A stretch of 63,039 nucleotides of DNA, the filler included, from Hausera hauseri (lineage: Eukaryota): NCBI GenBank assembly GCA_046269625.1. It is 12 parts of 12 records of this genome, joined end to end, with 100 filler letters (N's around TTAATTAATTAA, not from the genome) between each part and the next. Parts side by side here need not be neighbours in the genome. Positions count along the whole stretch, not along the records: positions 17,687 to 25,228 come from JBJURY010007790.1; positions 25,329 to 30,063 come from JBJURY010456467.1; positions 30,164 to 35,069 come from JBJURY010395701.1; positions 35,170 to 40,318 come from JBJURY010321716.1; 8 more parts are not named here. One strand, written 5' to 3'. Every line of letters begins with the position of its first letter. The stretch's first letter is position 1. The notes below the pieces were generated by a model. That model was not told the origin of the DNA and did not search any database. It saw nothing but the letters and a program-made list of their open reading frames with translations. Made by a program: the position numbers and the translations under genes. Shown in pieces: positions 22,967-35,865 of this stretch.

Positions 22967-25330
22967 ACTCATCAACAACAGAATATCAAAATATCACGTT
23001 ATTAGATGCGATTGATTGTCCTGGAAATTAATAACTGACTTTTCTCTGAAAGATTATTCTGTTGTCGTTCTGAGCAACATGCATGAGAAAACTTTATCGG
23101 AAATTTTCGTTCTTTTTTCAAAATTGTAATTCAATCTAAGATTCACGAAAGAATTTGAATTTACCCAAATTAAAAGCAGTTATTTTTATCAAATCAGCAC
23201 CACGGGAAAAGTTAATTCCATTGTTTACGAAAATTGTAATTTGCATACTAGACAATGAATTTCTCTCTCAACCGAAGAACAGCCAAAAAGATATGAACAC
23301 AAGTGAATATTCAAAAAAATATTTGTCAGATTGTCTATGTAATTAATAACGAGGAATGCATCGTTAAAAGACCAACATTAATATGATCACGAAAAATAGA
23401 TTTTTCCGAATATTTAGTACGAACAAGTCAATCGGAAAAGAATTGTCAATATTTACAATTGTATTCCGTCAGGGATTTCCAAAGGAAGTTAGACAACAGT
23501 AACTATGATACAGAAAATATTTTTTGATTTGCCGGCTTAATTGTTCTGTCCATTTGCGATTTCATAAAATTTTTATCAATGGAGCTGCGGGGGGTTTGCT
23601 TATTATTGAAGACTTCACCCGACCCTTTCATTTTAATTTTAGTTTTTGAATGTAAAAAACGAAAATTGTTTAAATATTCAAAGAAATCTCAGCCATAATT
23701 TTTTCGATTCCAGTATCAATTTCAGAATCCATTTTGTAAAGCTTGATCAGTATCAACTATTTTGTCAATTCAACATTTTTATTTGACTCAGTTTTTCAAA
23801 CTTTTTTGACTTATTGTTAATCCGTCTCAAGATTCTTCTGCATGTTAGGGGTGAAATTGAATAAGTGCAAAATGATAAACACTTGAAAGTCCATACATTA
23901 CGTAATTAGCATAGAATTTTGTACTTGTAGAATCTGTAGAACATTTAAAACTCCGACTAGCAGTAAGGAGCTCCTCATTAAGAGTATAATTTATAATTTT
24001 TAATGAAATTTGGTAGTTTTTAAAATGTCTGTATGCACGGTTTGTGGACGAATGCAGTATGCGTCGATTTTGCTGGTGAATATGAAACGAGGATCCGATT
24101 TCCTGTTCATGTATCGTAGAAGTTGTGTCAATTTGCCAACAATCTTCAAACTGACTGCATAATTCCTTTGTTGTACTTGCATCAAATTTTCACCGAGAAA
24201 TTTCGATAGAGTTACTTGTACTGTTTCACATTTTTGTATATTAATCGAAAATACAATTACACTATTCTATACCAGATACAAATAAAGTTTCTGGCGAATT
24301 CCAACATGCCGGTCCAGGTTTATTCAAATCAATTCCTTGTCGTTTATATACTTCAAACTGTTCTGCATTTGTCCAAAGAATAATAAAAGCAACGAACGAA
24401 AAAGGTGAACGATTGGTTTTATCAGACATTCTTTCGGTATTGGATTCCGTTCCGATTCAGAGTAAGTTTAATGGATGTTGAATTGACTAATTTTTCCCTT
24501 GCGGACTTCTCTACATCCATAGATTATATACATGATCTGACAAATAAGTTGGGACACAATTGTCTTTCGCTGATTCTTTTGTAAATAATATTAATAAATT
24601 ATTTAATAATTCTGATATTGGTTCAATTTTGTTAAATAATTTTGCTATTTACGTATAGAAAACAGGTTTATAATTAAAAAGTTGTAAATTTTTCATTGGT
24701 TCATAAAGTATACAATAGAGGGTTATGTATGGAATAACATATCGGGTAATGGCTTCCACGGGTTTGCTGACACATACGCACTCTTTTGTTGAAATTTTCA
24801 ATGAGAGATATTATTGAAAAGAATTGTGAATGTATTTTATCCTTACCAGAGGTGCCAGTAAATGTGTGTTTAATTAGCAGTTCTTACAGAAATAGCAAAC
24901 GTCTCACTGACTTGCCTGTGTGACTCCTGCTGTAATATAGTTAGATTCCACTATTACTCTTCTTATTCAGAGTTTTATGGCCATAAGGCTGTAACTTATA
25001 TTTTATGGTAATTGTGTATTCTTTGTGCACCTTACCTTGCAAATCATATTGCTTTACACTTGTACTTGGAAGGTAGTAGATGAATGAGACTGTGTTAAAA
25101 TGTTGTGCACGTCTGTAGGTGACACTACAGCATCTGTAATTTGGATAAGATGGACTAATATTAAAACTTTGTGAGAAAGATTCTGGATTTTTTGTCATAG
25201 TTGTCCAAAATAAAAACTAATGCAATATNNNNNNNNNNNNNNNNNNNNNNNNNNNNNNNNNNNNNNNNNNNNTTAATTAATTAANNNNNNNNNNNNNNNN
25301 NNNNNNNNNNNNNNNNNNNNNNNNNNNNCT

Positions 25331-28300
25331 GTGTGTTGTATAAATCGGAAAGCTGAAAGTTATTATGGTTTAGAGACATCAAATAGAGAGGAAGACAGGA
25401 CAAAAGAAGATATTATTCAAACGGTTGACGTAAATGATATACCATGTACGAAGTTGGAAGAAATCTCTGAAATAGACTTGCTAAAATCGAAAGAAATTGT
25501 CGATGATTCTATTTCCAAAGTAAGAGAAAAACGAATGTCATCCGAAGATATATTATCAAATAACTCAGGCGAAGGAGAGAATAAGGTAACACTGACTGAT
25601 GACAGAGGGGAGCAAGCTGGTAATAAGATAGAAGTTTCAGGTGATAATACATTAACAAAGCATGAAAGTAACGAGTCATTGGAAATGGAAAATGAGCCTG
25701 ACAAATTATTTCATGATTCAACAGAGAGATTTGTTGATGATGTAATTGTACAAGAGGACAATTTTCACCAAGAAAAGGACAACATAGTTACAACGGAACC
25801 TGAAAGTAGTGAAGCATGTGAAAACAATGAACATAAAATCAAAGATGAATTTAAATTATCCCATCAATTAAATGTGGAAGAGTATGGAAATAACGCAAAA
25901 GCACCGAAAATTGAAGGCGAGGAATTGAAAGAGGAAAATGATTATTCATCGTACATTCAATTTGCTACAAGAACAGAAGAACAAAATGAAAATGAAGCAG
26001 ATACATCGAATATATCCGATAGTCAAATAAAACCAGCCAAAACGGTGCATACAACAAGAGCGGAATTACCAAAAGAATCGGGTGACTATCACGATACCTC
26101 CGAATATTCAGAAAACAGAATTGAATCAGTGTGTGGTGTAACAAAAGAGCAAGTTAATGATTCGTCTGAAAATGAAGCTAATACTATGACCATAGATGTA
26201 GTTTCCAATAACACAGAGAATGAGCCAACTGACAGTAAATCTGATGCACCGCATGCCATAATATCAAAAGAATCGAATAAGATTGAAAGTGAAGAAGACG
26301 AATCCGAACTTCAGTATATTCAATTAGCAGAACAAAGTATAGATGAAAGTAATTTGACGAATGTTGAAGCTATACGTGATGAACAGAAAGAACTTGAAGG
26401 TAGTGAATCAGAAGTAGCTTGTTGTGATCCCAATCAACCCTTAAATAATTTGTTAGTGTCACCTAATACTGAATTTGAAGAAGAACAAGTCGAAAGGAGT
26501 ATAGATGTAACTAATATGTCATATGAAGAACAAAATGAGATGGCTGAGAGTGAATTGGAGATATCACATGTTCGATTTACAGACAGACCTATTAAGAGTG
26601 AAAATGATACTGATGAATCGAATACCGCATTTTATTCATCAGATAAAGAATATAAAGAGCATGTGCATGATTCCATCGAGTCTAATAATATTGCACTGAC
26701 AGAAGAAAACATAAATCAAACCGCTGTGACATCCATTGAGATGAAGAACGAAGAATCCTATGACGAAAAGAAAGAGACCACTGTATGTGAATCAGATACT
26801 TGGCCTGCGGAATTTTTATGTGATGCTGAATGTTTGGCACGCGTAAGTGAGCCAATTTCCAAAGAACAAGTTCGGGATTCACCGGAACTGAAATTGTTCG
26901 AGTATCAGAGGATTAATGAGAATCAGGTGGATATATCTCAAGGCGACTTTTTAGAACCAACAACGAAATTTAACGAAAATGTCGCAATCAAAGGCGATGT
27001 GATAGAACCGCTTGAGCAGACGGGAAAGATATATGCTGAAATTAAAGACAATAAATTAAACGGTGAAAACGATACGTTGGATAATCAGGCGACAGATAAA
27101 ATTGAAGCGGTTTCAACTCCAAACCATGAGGGACCAATGGAACTGTTTGATAAGAATGGAGAAAATGTTGTTACGGATGATGCGAACAAAACCTTCAATG
27201 AGGAGTCTGTCGGTCAGTCAAATGAGAAACTTACTAATGTAGATAAAAATAATGCTGAACATGAAGGACAGACAAAAGACACAAATGAAAAGGAACGTGA
27301 CAGTTTTGTGAGACGTGTTATAACTGATATATGTATGGACGTAGAAGATTCAACAACAGAAAATGAACATGGATCAGTTTCAGGCAACGACTTCATGAAC
27401 TTGAAACTTGAAGAAAAAACTGAGAACCCTGAGTATTCTGGGATAATGCCAATGAATTCCGCGGAAGATTCGAGGGCGAAAGAAAACAAAAAATTGCATG
27501 GAAGTAACGCTGGTGATATCGTATTATCTGCTAATACATCATGTGAGTGTACAACAGAAGTTGAAGGAAAAGAGTTCAAAGAGTTCGAATCTGGAGATAT
27601 TACGTGCGATACTCTAAATAATCAACTTTCTGAAAAAGACGTGATTTATCCCGAATTTGAACGATCGAAAGAGCTGTCTATTTTTCATAGCAAGAATGTA
27701 GAACTGTCAAATAACGAAGAAATAAAAGGCCCAACGACATACAGCATTCTAAATGATACAGTATGCTTGGAACAAAACGAAGTAGATAAATATGAATCAC
27801 GTGTAGAAACAAACGAAAACTTGGAGAATACATTTGATATTTTGCCGGATGAACTTCACTCTGATTTATCAAAAACACCATTTGGCATCAATACTGAAAC
27901 AGGAACACTGAAAGACACTGATGACGTGCAATTTGTCAATTCGGAGTGTACTGGTTGTATCTAATCCCGAAATTCGACAGATGATTATTTAGCGTATTAT
28001 AGTGACGAAACAAAAGACTCGTTAGTATTAGGACAAACTGAAGATCAGACATATATTGATGGGGATAATTCTAGTGAGGATCATATTAAATCAGTTCAGA
28101 AATCGAATGAGATTGACGATGCAACGTCAAGAGCGGAATGCGATATAAGTACAACTAGTGAAACTAATGAACAAACTTTGGCTTCTGTTAAACAGGATGG
28201 TTTTGAAACAGTTGAGACATCCGGTGTTGTAATTGATGAATCAGAGAAAACAGTTGAATATGATTGTGAGAAACCATTCGTAGAATTATCGGATAAATTA

Positions 28301-29353
28301 GATGATGATGTCGATTGTGTGGAATATCTAGAGAAGAGAAGTGATGTAGATTATACTGCGTTAAGATGTTCGACTCATGAAGGTGATTCCGATACACATC
28401 TGGAAGGAAATCTTGAAATTACAGCTGAAGTAAAGTGTGATCCATCTCTCAACACCAAAACCAGTTCACCAGAACATTGTATGAATGCAACACAAGACAC
28501 ATATTTATCGTCGAAAGAAAATGACTGTGAAGCAGGGATGGAGAAGGAAATATGTAATATTGTATTACCAGCATCTACAAACAATAATGAAGGGGGGATG
28601 ATACAATATAATCTGAAATTATCATCTGTATTAGCAACAGAAAGACCTGATAACACACATGGTAAATCTAGTGAGGAGTGTAATTTAACGGATGACAATG
28701 ATTTGTTGGAGAGTATTCAAGTAGAACATTCGAACCGATTATATATTTCTGAAGAAATTGAAAAGAACTGTCTTCTAGTTGAAGAAGAGCAATCAGCATC
28801 AGGAGATAATTTGGCATGCTTTACCAATATCGAAGACGTGGAGAATGGAAGCGTTGAATTAGGAATCAAAGATTTGTCAGATGAATCTCTATCTAATGAA
28901 AGTATTTTACTTGATGCAAATATAAATAGTATATCCGATGAGAACGAAACATTTGTTTCTGTGTTAGAAATGCCCCATAAAAGTTTGACTATACAAGAGA
29001 ACGTGAATGAAGATTCAATAGAATATGATGACTTTATTAAATTATCTTATAGTGAAAACGAATCAATAAACATTGTACACACAACGGAATTATGTGAAAA
29101 ACAAAAGAAGGAATCCAACCATATCAGGAATAAAGAAGAAAGTTCGTTCGAAATGTCCGAAAGTACAGATTCTCAAAATATGCCTATCTCACTCAGAAAA
29201 GTTGAGGTTGAACCAAACAACTTGGTTGACGATCCAAGCGAATTGGAAAATAAACAGAAAGTTGTACCTGAAAACGTCTCAGAATTCCTCAGAGAAAAAA
29301 CTATTCACAAAAGAAACTGCTATTGGTTTTCGTTAATTGTTTCAGCTTTATGA
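25331..29353 (+). CDS. Large exon encoding an acidic (E/D/N/S/T-rich) low-complexity, probably disordered, protein region; one in-frame TAA
   Basis: The 877-aa and 391-aa ORFs share a frame, and the ~70 codons between them are open apart from TAA at 27962-27964. The 5' end runs off the contig and no domain was recognised. Confidence 0.7.
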
Positions 29354-30163
29354 CAACCTATAATCAATCAGCTAAATAATTGATATATACAGACGCCTCC
29401 CCTTGGATAACCAGTTGAAAATCTAAGCCGTCAGTACAATAGGCTGTCTGGCAAAACTGACAGTTTTGTGAACCGGAGTTAAAATAAAAATTTTGGCTGC
29501 ATCTATTTGCTTTTATCTTTTTACGAGTTCAAAGCCGAGGGATAAAAATGATTAAGTGATTCCACGAGAGAGACAGATAGAAGGGATAAAACTATGTATG
29601 AGGGAGAGAACGAAAAAGATTAGTAGGGAGGTGAAGAGTATAATCTTCGTGAAGTTGTAAGAGGCTGAAAACGTGCGACTTTTTCAGAGTAGTAATTACT
29701 ACAGTACGGAAAGACGAACTTGCCGCTGGGGGAAAAACCGAAAAGGGAGAGAAAGAAACGGAGGTATTGCAGGGGTTGATTTACGTCGCAATTACATAGC
29801 TTACCTTTGTTGTGAAGTAGAAAACGGTGAACGAGGGTTGGACTTGGTGGCTACGAAAGTTACTGTTATGTTCACGCCCACTAGCCCTTCTTCCACTGTT
29901 TACTATCCACTTGACTGAACGGAAGAAGGACAACGGAGGATGCTGCTGCAGAAAAAACAATTCGGTTTTAAAAGATTAGCGAATGAGAAGGGGTTAAAAT
30001 ATCGGATTTTTAAATGTTCATTGTCCTTAAAATAACCCATGAAAATTAAATATATACTGAACTNNNNNNNNNNNNNNNNNNNNNNNNNNNNNNNNNNNNN
30101 NNNNNNNTTAATTAATTAANNNNNNNNNNNNNNNNNNNNNNNNNNNNNNNNNNNNNNNNNNNN

Positions 30164-31919
30164 CCCAGTTCTCTGATAATGAAATGTGAATCGTATCCAC
30201 TTAAGTTGTGAAATATCACGGGGATAAATTTAACAGTTCGGCAGCGGAGGTTACAAGAATTGTATGCTGGACCACGATATTTTCCCGTGATGTAACAGTG
30301 ATCCTGAACTTTGTTATTGTCAGCGGTAAATGGTTTTGCACACAAGTAGCAAACTGAAACAATCTTCCATTGCGCTTCTTCAATTGCTGTAATAACCATT
30401 TTCCTCCGCTTCATATCTTCGATACTGTGAGCAAGTTCTTCCAACCGTTTCATAAAAATTAATGCTGCATTTCGGCCCCTGTATAGGTATGGCTCGTCTG
30501 CAAATCCTTTTACAAACATGAAAAAAGACACTGTCTCATGTAAATGATAGCTTGTATTACTTGAGTGATCCTTATTCGGGTGACATGTATGGATTGGAGT
30601 AAGGATCGACTCAAAATTACAATAGATTACGAACGGTACACGTAACATTTTCTCATGTTTTTTAAAACATATGAAATCTTCCATGTAAAAATCTGTTCGG
30701 ACGACAGATTTCTTTTCATTGCAGTAAAACGTGTGTTCTGTTAATTTTTCTTCCGATAGTTGTCCATGTTGGTAATCAAAATGCGAAAATCACTTCTTGA
30801 ATATTAATATTCTCCCATTGCGTTTGGTAATTTGCGATTTAATTAACCGTTCAAAGTTTTTTATCCATACATAATGATTTTTATCATTACCGTCACTTAA
30901 TAACAGCAAATCCATATTGTCCAATTTTTCGTCATTGCAAACTTTGAACGGATACATTTTGTTCTTTTCATCAATCGCAAAAACATTGATTGACATATTA
31001 TCATTAAATTTTTCAAATTTCTTGACGTACAGCAACGACGGGGGAAATGATATACAGGAGAAATTATATGGATGATTAACTTTTGTGTACTGCTCAACTC
31101 ATTGTGGATGTGTAGATACAAATTTTGAGAGAATTGAATACATGGAACATAAATCGTCATCATAGTTCTGTACATTAATGCATGCCTTTTTATCTTTAAT
31201 CCATAGAGGCAGCTTAATGTATGATGATCCACGCATTGGGGAATATTTGTGAATCCTCAGTATGAGTCCTTTGATGTTCGAAAGAGTCCATCCGCTTTTC
31301 TTAACATGGCTTTCATCGGCTTCATTTAGAAATTTTGTAAACTCTCCATCCAAGTAATTGGTAATTTCTGAAGCTTGCCGGATAGGCTTGCTTATTGTTT
31401 TGAAAGCCCTTTTTGACAGTTCACCATCCTTTTCAAAGTCAGTCTCCAGAAAAAGGTTAAATTTCAGGGCATTGAATTCCGAGAGATTTTTGTTTAAAGT
31501 CGTTTTACACGAAAGTTGTACTTGGGTGCACATAGAGACACGGGATCATTCAATGAAATCAGTACGGGCGTTTACAGAAAATGCATTTCATACTTGCGAA
31601 AAATTCGTTTCGGTAAGAATATTTGTGTTTGGCGCGTCGACGGTTTTGATTTTCCTTTACTTATTCCAATCATTTCATTTCGCCTTTTTAACGTCGGTTT
31701 TGCTGCTGATGATGATTTGTGAGCAAGTTCCTTTTTCGTTTCCAGAAAATCGACCTGCAGACAATGACCCGGTTTTTTTAATTGTTGGACAGGTTCCCGC
31801 AGTTTGACATTAGAATTGTAATTTTTATAACCAAACAACCACGAACAATCTGAATTTTCATCATTCGCACAATCATCATCATTGAGTAGAATCGTTTTGT
31901 CGTCGTCGTCGTCTTCCAT
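30164..31919 (-). pseudogene. Maverick protein-primed DNA polymerase B (pPolB), N-terminal half
   Basis: KSGWTL...RGSSYIKLP...KKACINVQN; exonuclease I (VIYCNFESIL, degenerate YADFE); endonuclease VII-like CYLC...VQDHCYITGKYRGPAYNSCNL; exonuclease II FHNLSGYDSHFI. Has stops and frameshifts. The start at 31919 is inferred. Confidence 0.9.
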
Positions 31920-31991
31920 GGCAGTAATGTCTGAATGAGCATGGGAATGGTATTTATAGTTTGTTGTGCAATGTACATTATTTTGATTCAC

Positions 31992-32435
31992 TAAAAGATT
32001 TATGTGGTTTTTAATTTGATTAACAATCGGTTCATAGTCCACTGTCCGAATACCTAATACATTTTTTCCACTGCTAAACACATTGACACAAAGTGGTCGA
32101 AACTATGTCAGTTTCAGTGCAGGAAACGGTTCGCGTTCATACGTACATTCAGCAGTGGCCATTGCTAATTTGTACAAATTGATTGTTTGGTAGTCTAACT
32201 AAGTAGTTTCCGTTATTAATTAAATTTTGTCAATGACAAATCCGAATTGTAGTAGTTTACCAGCGGTGACTGGTTTGCGACAACCCATAATACCACACTT
32301 TCCCGATTGAAATACGATGCATGTAAAATCCGGTGGACACTTGAGTACATACTGCCTCGGCTTCCACGGATTATAAGGTAGTGTGTTAATGTCACACGCG
32401 GTAACATGTCTGCGATAGTTCGTATTAGCTAACAT
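31992..32435 (-). pseudogene. TATA-binding protein (TBP)-like gene inside a Maverick
   Basis: One frame from ATG 32435 with three stops: YNPWKPRQYVLKCPPDFTCIVFQSGKCGIMG...KI*L...INLYKLA...TYEREPFPALKLT*FRPLCVNVFSSGKNVLG. Both TBP saddle repeats are visible (compare TBP YNPKRF..IFSSGKMVCTG and YEPELFPGL..IFVSGKVVLTG). Confidence 0.8.
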
Positions 32436-32461
32436 TCTGAAGACAGTGTTTATACTATAGC

Positions 32462-32490
32462 TATTTATATGCGCGTAACACGATTATAAA
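32462..32490. promoter_or_regulatory. Putative bidirectional TATA promoter between the TBP-like gene and the ATPase
   Basis: TATAAATA on the minus strand (32462-32469) lies 27 nt upstream of the TBP-like ATG. TATAAA on the plus strand (32485-32490) lies ~50 nt upstream of the ATPase ATG. Confidence 0.45.
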
Positions 32491-32539
32491 CAAATCCTGT
32501 GATGAGGAAAGGTTGTATTATTATTATTACTATTATTAG

Positions 32540-32970
32540 ATGAAGCTGCAGAATGATGCCATTTTCTAGATTGTAGATCCCAGTGGAACTGGCAAAACAC
32601 ACTGTATGTAAACTACCGTAACATGTTCCATTCACCGCGGTACAATCACATATACTGGCATCAGGGTGTTGGTGATTATGGTGAGTCCGGTTTGACACAT
32701 CCGGAATTTTGTAAATTGAAATCGATAACGGTAATTGATGGGTTTGACGAAAACTGGTCAGAGAGATTACGTAACGGTGACGTTATTGTCATCGACAATT
32801 TATTTTAGGAAGCCACGAAACAATCGGACTTCAACAATCTGTTCAGGAAGATTGCACGACACCGTGGTGTGACGGTTATTTTCATTACGCAAAACATGTT
32901 CCGTAAGGGCGGATAGCATTGAACAAGAAATCTAAACGTACACTATTTGGCGTTGCTCAAAAATGTCCGT
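32540..32970 (+). pseudogene. Maverick A32/FtsK-like DNA packaging ATPase, 3'-truncated
   Basis: Walker A IVDPSGTGKT, Walker B VIVIDNL, ARHRGVTVIFITQN and NVHYLALLKN. Several stops. Confidence 0.88.
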
Positions 32971-33729
32971 TGTGGTGCCGCGGACTCGGGCGTCCCCACA
33001 GTCCAGCTGCAGCCAATATAAGAATAACTCAGATAAACCAACCAGATTATTGTTATATTCCAAATAACAATCCAGCTGCAGACAGTATAACGAAAATAAA
33101 GTTGACTTCAAATCAAGATTAGACACTTGTTCAAAACAAAGACTGAACGTAACCGGATTCCTACACTTGTAGTTCAGATGCACTATTGAGAAATAATATT
33201 GATAAGCCTAATGGAACAAATAAAATGACTCCATACCTCAATTCGTTCAATTATATGTCCACAGCAACACATTCGTTCAATCATTTGTCATTGAAACCAT
33301 ATTTTTCCCTTCGCATATACTCAAAGTTCTTTATTTGGAAGACAGGTTTAAATCCGTACTTGATTCAGTAACTATTTCTACACAAACAGTGAGAAAACAG
33401 AAATATTTCCCTACAAAATCAATTAAGACACTTTCAGTCGGTGATTTTTTTACTGCAATCCTCAATAAAGTACCACGGACAGTGTTAACAATATAACGTT
33501 TAATGCATGAAACAATGTTCCCTTGAATTAAGGTGATTGTTCAGTGATCAGAGTTAGCAAATAAACTTTACCAACGTTTCTAACAAAAACTATGGTTCGA
33601 GGAAACCTACAATCGGGCGCCACTACAATCCAGCTGCACCGAATTCAGCAGTCATTACTTCTACGAACAGCAACATCACAGTCTTCTATTTCATCGATTT
33701 CGTACAGAGAGAAAAGTCAGTTCTTTTCC

Positions 33730-35069
33730 TTTTTCAGAGAAATATGATCTTTGTATAAATGTTATAAACGGAGTATTAATCTTCCCAGAATTCAATAATT
33801 ACCCGTTATTCAAAAGACCCATTCCCTATATATTGTTGTATAAATTCATTCCAATTTATTTAGAGACTGAATCGTTGTCCTCGTAAACGGTACCGATATA
33901 TCCGCAGAATTATCTTATTGACAATATTTTATCGGAATGACAGAAAACTAAACGAACAAATGGTGTATTTCTTTTTTTAAAGGTTATTACACCATATTTC
34001 ATTAAAATCTGTTTTACATTAAGGAACGTGTTTTGACATCATTTATTTCTCATTATTCGTCCACTCTTCGAAAACCTTATGATTTTAGTCAATATCGTTC
34101 ATTTTAATCAGGACGAATTGGTAAATTACAAAATGACACTTCATGTAAACGTTATTCCTACTCGGCAGATAGCACCAAATTTTAATGTGAGTGTTTCAAA
34201 TTCGAGAAAGTATGATTCCAACGTTCACTTTCTCAAACCCTTTTGCAGACAAAGAGAATATGTTCACCGCAATATCTCCTATTTGTATATTAATAATATG
34301 AAGAATGTGGAATTGATGTTAACGAAAATAAAGTTGAGATGCAAGGTTTCAGAGATATGACTCACCATTTAATTGAAAATGAAGAAACATGGAAACATTG
34401 ATGTGTACTTCAGGTCCCAGAAAATGAGATCCCACAAGAGTTTAGATAAAAGCATTCGAGTTTTAAAAGGTTACGTTTCATATCCTATTGGTGTATAGAT
34501 AGAATCTCCATACACATCAGTGAATTTGTCGACACAGTTGCGGGGAAAGAATATGTCAGCCTTCCTATGACGATTTTTCATGTTGTCTATATTTAATCCA
34601 CTTCTACAGTTTCAGTTGTCAATAATTATTAGACCTAGCAGTAATCCTCCGGCTGAAATTGTAAAGCTGGCAGCGTCAGTGGAATTTGAAATACAAAATC
34701 AAATGTATTTGAGACAAAGACAATATAAGAATACTATAACCATTTGTGATTTTTCAGCCTTTTGAGGTCAATGGACAACATTTCGAAATGTTCATTTATT
34801 CATTCGCTTCATTCCTTCTATTGAAAAGAAACTTGATAATTTGACTAAGCCACATCAAGAATTTAAACTATGGTTTACAACGGAGGCCGTTTTCACAAAG
34901 TTTGAAACGAATATATTGTTCAATTCTCACTGATTTGCGTTGGGAGAGACTTTTTAATTTGAGGTAAATCAAATCAGTGGGGGAACAAGATCTCTTCGTC
35001 TGTATATTTTAAGCGCTTTATATGGTCTAAACGGGGCGAGACAGATTCGAGGATCCTACCTAACACTAT
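33730..35069 (+). pseudogene. Strongly decayed axonemal dynein heavy chain fragment (AAA6 region)
   Basis: Core 34340-34925 reads LIENEETWK..PE...GKEYV...IIIRPSSNP...GQWTTFRNVHL...IEKKLDNLTKPHQEFKLWFTTE, matching dynein GxWxxLQNCHL...PHxxFRLWLT. The extent outside the core is tentative. Confidence 0.7.
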
Positions 35070-35169
35070 NNNNNNNNNNNNNNNNNNNNNNNNNNNNNNN
35101 NNNNNNNNNNNNNTTAATTAATTAANNNNNNNNNNNNNNNNNNNNNNNNNNNNNNNNNNNNNNNNNNNN

Positions 35170-35826
35170 TGGGGTTTTCAATCAATCAATGTACACTCAA
35201 AACGTCTAAGGTGAAAAATTGGACCTTTCATCCAATGCGAAATCCGATATTATAGTAAAGTGGATTAAGTCAGAGTCAGTCTTCCGCTCAAGTATTATGC
35301 CGCACGATTTATTCATGGAAACGAACTGGAGTTTTGTGAATACGTCAAGAAAACGGCTACATTAGCTGTAAAGATATGTGAAATAAACGCAGATGGTCAT
35401 ATTTCGTTTACACTACATGACAAGGTTACATATTTTGCCTTTGATGAATTATTGGCTCGGAATCTTGGTTTCTCAAAACGCGAATTCTATCAAACCATTG
35501 TTGGACAATCTATTATTGCCAAATATAAACCGCAACTCTATGGCGTATTTCATGGAATCAACATTTTAACGGACTTAACCGAATCCGTACTCAATGATGG
35601 AGAACTAAAACAATTACTGGCTTCTATAGAATTGGATTCTGACAAGTAGTACAAAACATCGGGTGAAACTGTTTGCATTAATATGCTCAGACCCATGTAA
35701 TTATCATTGTCTCACAATATTGTGCACAGTATTTCCGTGTATATGCTTGATGAATTTTGGGAACGCATTACATTTCTGTTTGGGTCAACGACACATTTGA
35801 CATTACATTTTTGACGTCGTCGATAA
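35170..35826 (+). pseudogene. Maverick minor capsid (penton, PX)-like gene 1, C-terminal part
   Basis: LARNLGF...INILTDLTES...LLASI...ISVYMLDEFWERITFLFGSTTHLTLHF*RRR parallels the C-terminus of the next gene. Confidence 0.7.
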
Positions 35827-35865
35827 TATGCAAACTGCATAATCGTCATTGATATCATTGCGAAT

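Noticed and set aside
24000-25200. Possible secreted Cys-containing protein remnant
   Set aside because: Only a short hydrophobic stretch and scattered Cys among stops; no family could be assigned.
25417-28698. Ser/Phe-rich minus-strand ORFs
   Set aside because: They are antisense shadows of the Glu-rich plus-strand frame.
31572-32081. 169-aa ORF as a single gene
   Set aside because: It appears to be a chimera of the TBP-like C-terminus, a TATA-containing spacer and the start of the next (pPolB-side) frame.
33610-33630. tRNA primer-binding-site-like TGGCGCCCGA on the minus strand
   Set aside because: The match is short and there is no adjacent LTR end or gag to support it.
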